In this document: in pieces, positions 9,068 to 18,621 of the stretch
Layout of the letters: every line of letters begins with the position of its first letter
Numbering within the stretch: position 1 is the first letter of the stretch
Sequence record: KX009778
From: Escherichia phage UFV-AREG1
DNA length: 64,000 nucleotides
Strand: one strand, 5' to 3'
Notes under the pieces: model-generated
The model's database searches: none
Seen by the model: the letters and a program-made list of their open reading frames with translations, nothing else
Told to the model about the DNA's origin: nothing
Made by a program: the position numbers and the translations under genes

Positions 9068-10881
9068 TGGTGTTTAACCCTATGCATGATTTCTTTATTT
9101 TTACCGAGATTAAATCCGCGTTCATTCGGATTTCCCAAATAACCACATGTTCTTCTTATTGTGTTCATCTTTTTAGGATCAGTTTCTCCACAGATAGAAC
9201 AAACAAATCCGTTTTCAGTAGGAGTCATTTCATGGGTACTTCCGCATGTAAAACACTTATCTACTGGCATATTAACACCAAAATAATCTAAATACTGTGC
9301 AGCATAATCCCACACGGCCTCAAGACCTTTTAAGTTATTTTTCATATCTGGAAGTTCAACATAAGAAATGTGACCGCCGGTCGCAATGAAATGATATGGC
9401 GCTTCACGAGAAATCTTTTCAAACGGAGTAATATTTTCTTCTACTGAAACATGGAAACTGTTAGTGTACCAGCCTTTATCGGTAACATCTTTTACACTTC
9501 CATATTTTTCTGTATCAAGTTTACAGAAGCGATAACAAAGGTTTTCAGCAGGAGTCGAATATAAACTAAAAGCAAATCCAGTTCTTTCAGTCCACTGTTT
9601 AAGATGAGCATTCATTTTAGTTAAAATTTCTTGTCCAATATCACGACCGACAAGAATATTCAATTCGTGAATACCAATGTATCCTAGGGACACTGAACTT
9701 CTACCGTTTTTAAATAACTCAATTATATCGTCATCAGGTTTAAGACGAACCCCGAATGCACCTTCTTGGTAAAGAATAGGAGCAACAGTTGCTTTAACTC
9801 CTTTTAAGGAACTAATTCTACACATCAAAGCTTCAAAACATAAATCCATTCGTTCATTGAACAATTCGATAAATTTCTGTTCATTGAACTGTGTTCCAAT
9901 ATAAGAATCTAATGCGATACGAGGAAGATTCAGTGTTACAACACCAAGATTATTACGTCCATCAAGAATTTCATTACCAGTCGAATCTTTCCATACGCTC
10001 AAGAAACTACGGCAACCCATTGGAGAAACCGGAACTGAAGAACCAGTAATAGCTTTATTATTCTTAACCGAAATAATGTCAGGATACATTCTTTTGCTTG
10101 CGCACTCTAGAGCAAGCTGTTTAATATCATAGTTCGGATCGTTTTTATAAAGATTAACACCTTCTTCAACAAACATAACAAGCTTAGGAAAAATAGGAGT
10201 TATCCCATCACGACCAAGACCTTTAATACGATTTTTCAGAATTGCTTTCTGAATCATTCGTTCAGTCCAGTCAGTTCCCGTACCAAATGTAATTGTTACA
10301 AAAGGCGTTTGCCCGTTTGAACTAAAAAGAGTATTTACTTCATATTCATAAGCTTGGAATGCATCGTATACATCTTTTTCTGTTTTAGATTGAGCATAAT
10401 TCAACGCATCAGCGATTTGCCATTTTTCTGCATCCTCAATATGTTTTGCATAGGTGCGTTTAACATAAGGAGAAAGTACTTTATCTACATTAGCAAAAGT
10501 CGTTCCGCCGTATTGATGGGAAGCAACCTGTGCAGTAATTTGTGCCATAATTGCGGTAGCAACTCCAATTGATTTAGGAGTTTCAATCTGTGCATTACCT
10601 AGCTTAAATCCGTTTTCAAGCATTCCTTTTAAATCTACTAAACAGCAATTAGTAAATGGAAGAGCAGGGGAATAATCAATATCGTGGAAATGGATAATTC
10701 CGCTTTCATGCGCTTTCATAATAAAAGACGGGACCATATTTTTGGCAATGTGTTTAGACACAATACCAGCCATAAGGTCCCGTTGAGTTGGAAAAACACG
10801 AGAATCTTTATTAGCATTCTCGTTTAAAAGGTCTTTATTAGTTTTATGAATCAATCCTTCAATTTCTTTTTCAATTGTCAT
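9064..10881 (-). CDS. nrdD: Anaerobic ribonucleoside-triphosphate reductase NrdD, uninterrupted
   Basis: 605-aa continuous ORF ending with glycyl-radical motif RRTCGYLG and C-terminal Cys cluster; no intron. Confidence 0.92.
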   Translation of the reverse strand: MTIEKEIEGLIHKTNKDLLNENANKDSRVFPTQRDLMAGIVSKHIAKNMVPSFIMKAHESGIIHFHDIDYSPALPFTNCCLVDLKGMLENGFKLGNAQIETPKSIGVATAIMAQITAQVASHQYGGTTFANVDKVLSPYVKRTYAKHIEDAEKWQIADALNYAQSKTEKDVYDAFQAYEYEVNTLFSSNGQTPFVTITFGTGTDWTERMIQKAILKNRIKGLGRDGITPIFPKLVMFVEEGVNLYKNDPNYDIKQLALECASKRMYPDIISVKNNKAITGSSVPVSPMGCRSFLSVWKDSTGNEILDGRNNLGVVTLNLPRIALDSYIGTQFNEQKFIELFNERMDLCFEALMCRISSLKGVKATVAPILYQEGAFGVRLKPDDDIIELFKNGRSSVSLGYIGIHELNILVGRDIGQEILTKMNAHLKQWTERTGFAFSLYSTPAENLCYRFCKLDTEKYGSVKDVTDKGWYTNSFHVSVEENITPFEKISREAPYHFIATGGHISYVELPDMKNNLKGLEAVWDYAAQYLDYFGVNMPVDKCFTCGSTHEMTPTENGFVCSICGETDPKKMNTIRRTCGYLGNPNERGFNLGKNKEIMHRVKHQ

Positions 10882-11351
10882 TTTAAACTCTTTCTAAGCT
10901 GCTTCTTGAATGAAGCTATTAACTGTGTTTTTGTGTCAGATTCATTATATTCAAATCCTCTTTGAAGCATCTCGGCCATCATTTCCTCTTTTCCTAAACG
11001 AGAAAATTCCTTTGATTTATCTCCAACAAAGTTAGGGTGAATATTATTTTGGGTGTAATCGGATTTTAAATAAGTAAGTAAATTTTCTAACCATTCAAGA
11101 TAATCAACACCTTGTCCCTTTAAGCCAGAACGATTAAATTTGTGCTTCATTTGACCTTCTGCGGCATTACAGAGATTACAAAGCAATCCACGTACCTTTC
11201 CTGCTTTTGGTCCATTTAATTCATGGTCATGGTCGAGGTGATTAGCTTGAACATCAGGATTTAGTTCTCGTTGGCAAATTAAGCATTTACCGTTTTGTGC
11301 ATCATAAAATTTCTGTTTTTCTTCTTTATATAATTTGCCAGTCAATAACAT
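10878..11351 (-). CDS. 49: Endonuclease VII (Holliday junction resolvase) gp49
   Basis: 157-aa ORF with CLICQ, HLDHDHELNG, CNLC motifs; matches recalled T4 gp49. Confidence 0.9.
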   Translation of the reverse strand: MLLTGKLYKEEKQKFYDAQNGKCLICQRELNPDVQANHLDHDHELNGPKAGKVRGLLCNLCNAAEGQMKHKFNRSGLKGQGVDYLEWLENLLTYLKSDYTQNNIHPNFVGDKSKEFSRLGKEEMMAEMLQRGFEYNESDTKTQLIASFKKQLRKSLK

Positions 11352-11392
11352 AATAAACCCTTACCTTAAATAGATAAGGGTATTTATTATTT

Positions 11393-11878
11393 TCAAGTAT
11401 TGTAAAACATTTGATTCAATCGCTTATATTGCCGAATCTTTTGGTCAGAAAAAGAAATTTGGGTTTCAAGCCATTCAATATATTCTGCCGCAGCTTGCAT
11501 CAAATTTCCTTCATAGCCATCGTTATTTTCTTGTGCAGCTAATTTAGCTAATGCGTATGGAATACGTTCACCTTGAAAATCGGCTTTAGGCTTCTGAACA
11601 ACTTGATTAGTTCTCTCTACAACTTCTTCAATTTCACCATTTTCTACTGATTCAGTATTCCACAAGCACCAATACGTAGTTGGCTTATCGTAGATGTTAA
11701 TAATCTTTCTATCAGAAAGTTCAATTTCAATAATTCCAGTATCAGGTTCTATATCATCTTCACATTCTTTTGCAAGTTCACGAACTTTAAAGACAGTACC
11801 TGCACTAAGTTCCGGCCAGTAATTACATAGCTCTTTATCAGCACGATTAATTCTAAACCACTTATCTACTGTAATCAT
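11393..11878 (-). CDS. hypothetical protein, 161 aa from internal Met (size and position consistent with T4 Pin protease inhibitor; not verified)
   Basis: ORF track 11393..11896; position between gene 49 and nrdC. Confidence 0.5.
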   Translation of the reverse strand: MITVDKWFRINRADKELCNYWPELSAGTVFKVRELAKECEDDIEPDTGIIEIELSDRKIINIYDKPTTYWCLWNTESVENGEIEEVVERTNQVVQKPKADFQGERIPYALAKLAAQENNDGYEGNLMQAAAEYIEWLETQISFSDQKIRQYKRLNQMFYNT

Positions 11879-12000
11879 GTCCCATCTCCATATCAATTAA
11901 GTCATTTATTGTAGGTTCATTATATACTGTTTCTTCATCAGTGTAAACCGGTTCTTCCGGCTCTGGCTCTACAGTTTCCCATCTAGCCGCCCACCAAGGT

Positions 12001-12171
12001 TTAACCCCGAAGCTTATTAAGTTCTTCATAATCAATCCAGGATTCTAATCCTGATGGCAAATCAGATTCAATTTCCCAAAGAAGTTCTTCAATTTTCTGA
12101 AGACGATCTAGTTCTTCGGCTGGAATAGTAACCATTGACGGAGCTCGTGATACATTAATATCGTAAATCAT
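12001..12171 (-). CDS. hypothetical small protein
   Basis: ORF 12001..12210 trimmed to internal Met. Confidence 0.4.
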   Translation of the reverse strand: MIYDINVSRAPSMVTIPAEELDRLQKIEELLWEIESDLPSGLESWIDYEELNKLRG

Positions 12172-12173
12172 AT

Positions 12174-12389
12174 TTACCCCAGTTTGACCATGCAATCGCC
12201 GTATTTCCACTTAGAAATAGACTTTTCACCGTTAGAATAATAAACTTCGAGTTTAGCACGATTATTTTTAATTTGAATAACCTTTGCTGTCATCAAAGTT
12301 CCATACCCATAGTAAACTGCAACTTCATCACCTACATATACCGCGCTTCCGCGGTAATCGTGAATATAGTCAGTTCCTTCAAGCATCAT
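12174..12389 (-). CDS. hypothetical protein (71 aa)
   Basis: ORF track; overlaps nrdC start by 4 nt. Confidence 0.5.
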   Translation of the reverse strand: MMLEGTDYIHDYRGSAVYVGDEVAVYYGYGTLMTAKVIQIKNNRAKLEVYYSNGEKSISKWKYGDCMVKLG

Positions 12390-12649
12390 TTAAAATATTC
12401 TCGCAGTTGGTCAAATCCACCAATATGACTTCCATCAGGAGCAAATACCTGAGGCATTGTCAAGCCGATTTGAGTATCACGACCTAGTTTCGTTAGAAGC
12501 TCAGCGATTTTCTCATCATCAAAAACACCTTTTTCCGGCATAATGTTGATAAATTCAAATGGCTGTTTCTTCACGGTCAAAAGACGTTTTGCATTATCGC
12601 AATACACACATTTGTGGATGTTGCTATCATAGCCATATACTTTAAACAT
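12386..12649 (-). CDS. nrdC: Thioredoxin/glutaredoxin NrdC
   Basis: 87-aa ORF MFKVYGYDSNIHKCVYCDNAKRLL with CVYC active site; matches recalled T4 NrdC. Confidence 0.92.
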   Translation of the reverse strand: MFKVYGYDSNIHKCVYCDNAKRLLTVKKQPFEFINIMPEKGVFDDEKIAELLTKLGRDTQIGLTMPQVFAPDGSHIGGFDQLREYFK

Positions 12650-12650
12650 A

Positions 12651-12893
12651 TTATTCCTTAATTCCTAGTACTTGTTTAAAAGTCTCGTCGTAATCAAGAC
12701 TTTGGCCCGTTTGTTCTTTATGTTTGTATATAATATCACTTACTTCTGATAGCATATTTTTATATGAACGAGTTAAAGCAGATTTAAGCACGCTGTATCT
12801 ATCAGGAAATTTACCATGTTCATTATAATAAGCTATTGCTAATTCACGGACTGCCTTTTCAGCAGCCTCCATATATTCTTTACGCTTGGTCAT
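12651..12893 (-). CDS. hypothetical protein
   Basis: ORF 12651..13052 trimmed to internal Met ([13 protein letters not shown]). Confidence 0.45.
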   Translation of the reverse strand: MTKRKEYMEAAEKAVRELAIAYYNEHGKFPDRYSVLKSALTRSYKNMLSEVSDIIYKHKEQTGQSLDYDETFKQVLGIKE

Positions 12894-13197
12894 TTTCTTC
12901 TCGGTCAAATCGGTGTTTACAATGGCGGCATTTATAACGAAGATTACTAGTCTGCCAATGGACCAATTGCACCTGTTCAGTTCCACATTCAGGGCAATTA
13001 GGAACGTTTTTAGAAGCCCTTTCGCGACGTTTAACCATAGCCATAATGGCATCCCATGCTGGAGGTTTAAAATCTAAATCGTCACAACCATGAATCTTTC
13101 CACGCATTTCCATATCATCTTCCTCACCAGCCATAATAATTTTAATTAAACTGGAATTACTTGAAGCTGCAATGTCTTCTAATAGACGCTTTTTCAT
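12880..13197 (-). CDS. hypothetical zinc-ribbon protein
   Basis: 105-aa ORF with CPECG...CRHC four-Cys motif. Confidence 0.55.
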   Translation of the reverse strand: MKKRLLEDIAASSNSSLIKIIMAGEEDDMEMRGKIHGCDDLDFKPPAWDAIMAMVKRRERASKNVPNCPECGTEQVQLVHWQTSNLRYKCRHCKHRFDREENDQA

Positions 13198-14123
13198 TTC
13201 AATACCTCAATAGCATTACGTAAACCATTTGCTTTTGCATTAAGAGCTTTTAACAATTTGGTGTGTTCTGCAATTTGGGCTTCAACTTCAATTAAGCGAG
13301 CATTGAGATATTCACGTTCTTCGCTCAGGTTATCAACCTTTTCTACTTTAGGTTCTTTTACAATTGGCTTGTATGTATTAGGGTTCTTCAGTTTAATTAG
13401 AATGCGTGAGCTGTATAACATTGAACCATTATCTTCGGTTTCGTCATACATTTCCACTACGTCCATCATCTCCACCATCGTGCAGAGTTTATAAGACAAC
13501 GAACGAATAGTTTTGTTGTGCTTATTAATTTCTCTAGCTGTCATGGTGCCGAGATTACGTGAGTAATAATAAGGAACCTGGATATTAATTAATACTGATG
13601 AACCACCTGGCTTGTGTGTTACTTCATCAGCAATAACCCAGTCCTTAACATGAACTGTATTTGTACGGTCATCACCCGCGGTAAACAGTTTGCGAGCATG
13701 CTTAAAAAGCATATTCACTTGGTCATTGAATTGACAGGCGAATTTATCAGCAAATTTAGTTTCAGGAATGGTAGATAACCAATCAGCCAAGTGGGTCTTT
13801 TTAACATCGTTAACAATAGTAAATTCAACCAAATCGGTTATAGATGTCGCAGATTTAATGAAGCTCGGCTTCATAAAGTTTTTAATGTTATCACTAGCTA
13901 CAGTAGAAGATAACAGACGAGAACGTTTAAACCATTGAAGCAAATTGCCTAACGAATGAGAATAAGCGTTTTGAGTATCTTTACAGATATGATTTTCCTG
14001 GCCAACATATTGAAGGAAATCACGAAGAATATTATTGATTACTGCTCTGTGCCCGATCTGATAATTACGATGTTTAGTAATAAGACTGTCAAAATAATCA
14101 ATATAATGTTTACGAGTTTTCAT
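13194..14123 (-). CDS. hypothetical protein, coiled-coil paralogue A (309 aa)
   Basis: Globular N-domain, Pro/Lys-rich linker, about 45-residue C-terminal heptad-like helix; shares FKxSRLLS and MVEMMDVVE-type motifs with the next three ORFs. Confidence 0.7.
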   Translation of the reverse strand: MKTRKHYIDYFDSLITKHRNYQIGHRAVINNILRDFLQYVGQENHICKDTQNAYSHSLGNLLQWFKRSRLLSSTVASDNIKNFMKPSFIKSATSITDLVEFTIVNDVKKTHLADWLSTIPETKFADKFACQFNDQVNMLFKHARKLFTAGDDRTNTVHVKDWVIADEVTHKPGGSSVLINIQVPYYYSRNLGTMTAREINKHNKTIRSLSYKLCTMVEMMDVVEMYDETEDNGSMLYSSRILIKLKNPNTYKPIVKEPKVEKVDNLSEEREYLNARLIEVEAQIAEHTKLLKALNAKANGLRNAIEVLK

Positions 14124-14175
14124 ATTCTTCTCACTTGGTTAATGGTTTATACTCCGAGCCATCCTTGGCTTTAAA

Positions 14176-15177
14176 TTACTTAATTAACTGTAAAGCTTGT
14201 TCCAAACGATCAAGACGATTAACAGATTCTTCCCAAATCCTTTTAGCCTGCTCATATTCTTTCTGCGCTTTATTAGAAATTTCTAGAACTTCTTTATAAG
14301 CTTTTTCTAGTGCAATAACTTCTGGACGAATTTCTACCGGTTCAGGAGAATCATCAAGATTATCCATTAGTTCCTCAAGGGTAGTTTCTTCTTTAGGAGT
14401 ATTCACAATTTCATCACATTTTTGTTGGTAAATTTCTTTATCAGTCGGTGAGTACGCACACTTTACTTCACGAAGACTAACTACAATTTTATATCCTTCC
14501 CAACCGCATATATTCTTAAAAGGATATGTATGAATATTTTCTACTGTTTCCATACAAAGTAATGCGGTTTCTAATTGACGAGTTATAGTGCTAGCAATTG
14601 AGAAAAATTTATTAATGTTCTTTTGGTTAGTTTCTGGTGTAAAAAATCCATAATTCACAAAAATAGATACTTTATTTTTATCAAGTTCATATTCTTTTAT
14701 GATAATCATATCAGAAGCCAAAGGATGAATTTGACGATAATCGCCATAACATAATTTAGAAGCTGATTTTAGAATCTGTCCTTTGAAAAGCCTGAAATTA
14801 CTAATCCAACGACGAGTAAAAATATTCTCAGGGTCTTCTTTATTATTAAGATGATAAGAATTAACATCACCGAACCAATTATATCCTACTACATCTTTGG
14901 TTCGTTTAATTTCTTTCCCAAAATTACCAAGAATATCCCGATTAACCAAATATGAAAGAAGACGAGACTCTTTAAAGGTTTTCTTGATAACATCTTTATC
15001 TACACGACTAGAAATTTTACGAATTTCATGAATAAATTTAGTAGAAGAAACAATACCTGCATCAACACTATTGAGCCATTGATTGATAATAGAAATAACG
15101 CTATTTTGACCAAACATCGGTATAGCTTTATCATCAATAACACTATTGAATGATTTGATATATTCGTTACGAGTCAT
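14176..15177 (-). CDS. hypothetical protein, coiled-coil paralogue B
   Basis: ORF 14176..15228 trimmed to ATG at 15177 (MTRNEYIKSF) downstream of its own early promoter and GAGGAG SD; C-terminal coiled coil. Confidence 0.7.
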   Translation of the reverse strand: MTRNEYIKSFNSVIDDKAIPMFGQNSVISIINQWLNSVDAGIVSSTKFIHEIRKISSRVDKDVIKKTFKESRLLSYLVNRDILGNFGKEIKRTKDVVGYNWFGDVNSYHLNNKEDPENIFTRRWISNFRLFKGQILKSASKLCYGDYRQIHPLASDMIIIKEYELDKNKVSIFVNYGFFTPETNQKNINKFFSIASTITRQLETALLCMETVENIHTYPFKNICGWEGYKIVVSLREVKCAYSPTDKEIYQQKCDEIVNTPKEETTLEELMDNLDDSPEPVEIRPEVIALEKAYKEVLEISNKAQKEYEQAKRIWEESVNRLDRLEQALQLIK

Positions 15178-15205
15178 ATTAATCTCCTCAGTAGAAAGTA
15201 AGAAC

Positions 15206-15235
15206 ATTATACCACATCCTTGTGGCAAAGTAAAC
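15206..15235 (-). promoter_or_regulatory. Early sigma70-type promoter (GTTTAC, 18 nt, TATAAT)
   Basis: Minus strand GTTTAC-18nt-TATAAT then GAGGAG SD and ATG of paralogue B. Confidence 0.6.
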
Positions 15236-16260
15236 TAGTTCAGTGCATTTAGTGCATTGTTCAGTTTAGAACGTTGCTTTGTCAGATTTTGAACCCTTGA
15301 CTGAGCTTGTTCTAACACCTTTTCAGCTTCTAGCACTTCATTTGTCGCTTTAACGAGTTCATCATCTACTGCCTTAAGAGACTTCTCAATCGCGTCAGCG
15401 TGCCATTTTTCTACAGGTTTAAAATTTGAATTTTCAGTAGGAAGAAAACTCACTTTATTAAGTTTACATGCATCTATATTGCTTGAGCTATACATCCAAA
15501 ATTTAGGATCGTTTGATGAGTAATTGGATAAATTTAAATTTAAGTTATCTTGCACTTCCTGCTTTTTCTCTTGCGTGACTTCGTCCTTTCTCAAAAAATC
15601 GTATTTAAATGAAACGATCATATCAAGTTCATACGTTGTTGTGTCTAATTTAAATCGTTCAAAACGAGGTAAAATCTTAGATTGAACAGCAGCAACAACA
15701 TCCATATACTTAAATGCTTCTGTCAACTGCGATTTAAGGCATTCGCAAATTGAAAGAGAATTTTTTGTATTAGGTTTAAAGCTAATTCGTGCAGTTCTAT
15801 TATTTTCTTTAAATGGTCTTACTTCCATCTGAAGAGTATAACCATCAAATTTCAGATTCTTTAAGTTAATATCAGAACCTTTTAATCGACTAGCCGTAGA
15901 CAAAATTTGCTTTAATTGTTTACGGAATAGAGCAATAAATCTCCATTCAAGACGATAATGATTTGGATTAAAAAATCCTGTTGATAAATCAACCTTACTC
16001 TGACCAACGCCTTGAACAAATAGAGGATTTTTATAATCAATAGTTTTACAGAAATCGGTGAGCTGCTCACGAGCAGTCATTTGTGTAATATACCCCGCTT
16101 TACTAAAATGACGTAACCATTCACTGCTATTCATATACTTAAAGTGAATGGAACTATTAACTCTATCAGGGTCTAAATTATTTTGGCACAAAAATGTCAT
16201 AACATTACGGGTATAGCTGGCATTACGAACCATATCTTCAATTTGAGAACGAGTTTTCAT
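15235..16260 (-). CDS. hypothetical protein, coiled-coil paralogue C (341 aa)
   Basis: Same architecture; YMDVVAAV motif; C-terminal coiled coil. Confidence 0.7.
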   Translation of the reverse strand: MKTRSQIEDMVRNASYTRNVMTFLCQNNLDPDRVNSSIHFKYMNSSEWLRHFSKAGYITQMTAREQLTDFCKTIDYKNPLFVQGVGQSKVDLSTGFFNPNHYRLEWRFIALFRKQLKQILSTASRLKGSDINLKNLKFDGYTLQMEVRPFKENNRTARISFKPNTKNSLSICECLKSQLTEAFKYMDVVAAVQSKILPRFERFKLDTTTYELDMIVSFKYDFLRKDEVTQEKKQEVQDNLNLNLSNYSSNDPKFWMYSSSNIDACKLNKVSFLPTENSNFKPVEKWHADAIEKSLKAVDDELVKATNEVLEAEKVLEQAQSRVQNLTKQRSKLNNALNALN

Positions 16261-16268
16261 GGTATTCC

Positions 16269-17159
16269 TTAAGATTTAAGTAAATCAACAATTTTAATTA
16301 ACTTTTCACGCTCAGATTTAGCTTTACTACTCAATCCAGATAGTCTGAAAATTTCATCATCATATTGTTGAATAGAAATATTCAGCTCTTCAATTTGCTT
16401 ATTAAAATAATCAATTTGTTCAGAATGTTTTTCGTTACTACGAACTGGTACAGGTTTTGTAGGCAATTTAGTTGAACTAGATTCATCCGGGCGATAAATT
16501 AAAATACAACTTGAACCAATAGGGCATTTTGCACCAGATGAATATTCTAATGTTCCAGCTTCTTTTAAAACTTCAAAAGCTAAACAGAGATGATGTCCCA
16601 TATTAACATAATCTGTAGAGTGAGCTCTGATGTAATAATCATCTCCACGAATACTAAATTTAAAGCATTTAAGGTCTTCTGTATTATTGGTCTTAAAAAT
16701 CATTTGTTTATCTAGACCTTTAGCTAATCGAGCGCCCAATGCTAATAATCGTCGTTGATTTTCCCACAAATCCGCAATCATTTGGTCGAATGATAATTTC
16801 GGCATTAGTCGACCATAAAGGTCATATCCTTTATTATAATTACGAAGGATTTCACTCGCGTTAATACGAGACAATGCTCCAATTTTATTAAGGGCTTTCA
16901 TAATACGATTAGATAAACTCATTCCAGACCCGTTTGTTCGCTGTAAATGTTTTTCTAATCCAAATCCAATATCAACTTTAAACTTATCTAAAATTTCAGC
17001 ATGAACATCTTTGTCGATAACATTCAAATCCAAAGTTGGGTTAAATCTATGAAAAAATTTATCTGGCTCTCCACGACGAAATACAGTCCATTCATTCATC
17101 ATTTTTTTATTAACTAAAGATTTAATTACTGTATTGACATTATTAATTACTACTGACAT
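16269..17159 (-). CDS. hypothetical protein, coiled-coil paralogue D
   Basis: ORF trimmed to ATG at 17159 (MSVVINNV) with GAGG SD; C-terminal coiled coil. Confidence 0.65.
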   Translation of the reverse strand: MSVVINNVNTVIKSLVNKKMMNEWTVFRRGEPDKFFHRFNPTLDLNVIDKDVHAEILDKFKVDIGFGLEKHLQRTNGSGMSLSNRIMKALNKIGALSRINASEILRNYNKGYDLYGRLMPKLSFDQMIADLWENQRRLLALGARLAKGLDKQMIFKTNNTEDLKCFKFSIRGDDYYIRAHSTDYVNMGHHLCLAFEVLKEAGTLEYSSGAKCPIGSSCILIYRPDESSSTKLPTKPVPVRSNEKHSEQIDYFNKQIEELNISIQQYDDEIFRLSGLSSKAKSEREKLIKIVDLLKS

Positions 17160-17166
17160 ATTTTCC

Positions 17167-17574
17167 TCACTCAATTTCAATTTTACTAAATACACAGAAT
17201 ATGATTGAACAGACTACATAAGCACCACACACAGATTGAACTAATACCATCCCAAAGAACCAAACAATATTATCAAACAGTGTCTGTTTTACGTCGAAAG
17301 GACGTAAACTTACAGTAATATTATCACCTTTTTCTATTGAAGAATACATCTCTGGGGAAATATATTCACTAAATCTATAACCGTCTTTGAGTTCATATAC
17401 AGCAATAAACGATAAACTAGACCCCTTTCCTTGTGTTCCTGTAATGGTATTAACTACAGTAACATCATAATCTTTATAATGCATATAATCATTAATTGCG
17501 TAATAACCGTATGCAACTACTACACATAAACAACATATCAATAAATTCAATCTTTTAATTATCAACTGTTTCAT
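17167..17574 (-). CDS. membrane protein with N- and C-terminal transmembrane helices
   Basis: 135-aa ORF; hydrophobic segments LLICCLCVVVAYGYYAI and IVWFFGMVLVQSVCGAYVVCSIIFCVF. Confidence 0.6.
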   Translation of the reverse strand: MKQLIIKRLNLLICCLCVVVAYGYYAINDYMHYKDYDVTVVNTITGTQGKGSSLSFIAVYELKDGYRFSEYISPEMYSSIEKGDNITVSLRPFDVKQTLFDNIVWFFGMVLVQSVCGAYVVCSIIFCVFSKIEIE

Positions 17575-17629
17575 AATAATCTCAATTAAAAGGGCTTAGA
17601 ACCATTATACCATCCTTGGTATAAAGCGG

Positions 17630-18157
17630 TTATGCGAGTACCGTCTTTAACCGTTCTTCAAACTTCCGAAGAGTATTTTGGCGTTCAGCTCTTTGCTTTT
17701 TGTAAGTTTCAATACGCTCTGAAATGAGAGTGTATCGTTCATTTACTGATTCTTTCATAAAATCAGGAATTTCACGAGAAGCTTTAATCTCATCAAATTT
17801 ATCAATAACAGCTTGCTCTTCAGCAATTAAGTTATCATACATCAAAATATCTTTCTTGATGAACTCAATATCTTCTTGAGTTACACGAGATAATTTAGAT
17901 GCTTTATCCTTTTTGTACTGTTCGTTAGTATCACGAGACCAGTGTAATGTACGATTTTTATTCGTATTTTTGTAAATTTCTACAATACCAATCTCATCAA
18001 TAATAACGATCCAATTCCAACGGGATTTGTAAATTTGTCCTCCATCAACTGTGATTTCACCTCCGATTGAGATGTCATTAAAGAACTTGCTTTGTGCTTC
18101 TGATTTAAATTTACCATCATTGTAATTTACCAGGTTGAAAATATCTTTAGCGTTCAT
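17630..18157 (-). CDS. hypothetical protein (175 aa)
   Basis: ORF track; own early promoter immediately upstream. Confidence 0.65.
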   Translation of the reverse strand: MNAKDIFNLVNYNDGKFKSEAQSKFFNDISIGGEITVDGGQIYKSRWNWIVIIDEIGIVEIYKNTNKNRTLHWSRDTNEQYKKDKASKLSRVTQEDIEFIKKDILMYDNLIAEEQAVIDKFDEIKASREIPDFMKESVNERYTLISERIETYKKQRAERQNTLRKFEERLKTVLA

Positions 18158-18183
18158 TTTCTGTTCCTCCGTAGTTGATAGTT

Positions 18184-18215
18184 GTATAGTACCACAGAGG
18201 AACAGTCTTGTAAAC
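18184..18215 (-). promoter_or_regulatory. Early promoter within conserved promoter-stem-loop unit
   Basis: Minus strand GTTTAC-18nt-TACTATAC followed by conserved leader CAACTATCAACTAC and SD. Confidence 0.6.
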
Positions 18216-18217
18216 CA

Positions 18218-18532
18218 CTAAAAGAAACTTCTTTCACAATTTTTTCCACTAAACCATGCGCTGACCGCTTTCTTAGTCTCAGGAGCAGTGTTATCCATAA
18301 ACCATTCAAAGGCAGCCTTTTTATGATTCTGGAGGGCTTCTCGGGCTTTAATCTGCTCACGGTCTATTAACACTAACATATGAGCCTTTCTTGTCACCAA
18401 GGGCTTCTTATGATTCTTGGAGTATTCCCAGTCATTTGTCCAACGCATTGTCGTTGCGAACTGAAATACTGCTTCTTTAATTTTAGTTTCGTAAATTTCA
18501 CGAGCCTTTGAGTATAACATCATTACCTCCAT
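18218..18532 (-). CDS. hypothetical protein (104 aa)
   Basis: ORF track. Confidence 0.55.
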   Translation of the reverse strand: MEVMMLYSKAREIYETKIKEAVFQFATTMRWTNDWEYSKNHKKPLVTRKAHMLVLIDREQIKAREALQNHKKAAFEWFMDNTAPETKKAVSAWFSGKNCERSFF

Positions 18533-18621
18533 TTATCAGTTTAATTCTAGTCATCTTTTTGATGGCAGTCCATATAATCTATTTCTGAACTGCCTTTTTA
18601 TCTTAGAAGGCCTCTTATGAA

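Noticed and set aside
18545-18585. Inverted repeat GGCAGT...ACTGCC followed by T-run on the plus strand, looked like a plus-strand terminator
   Set aside because: Loop is 19 nt and all neighbouring genes are on the minus strand; not a credible intrinsic terminator, function unknown.
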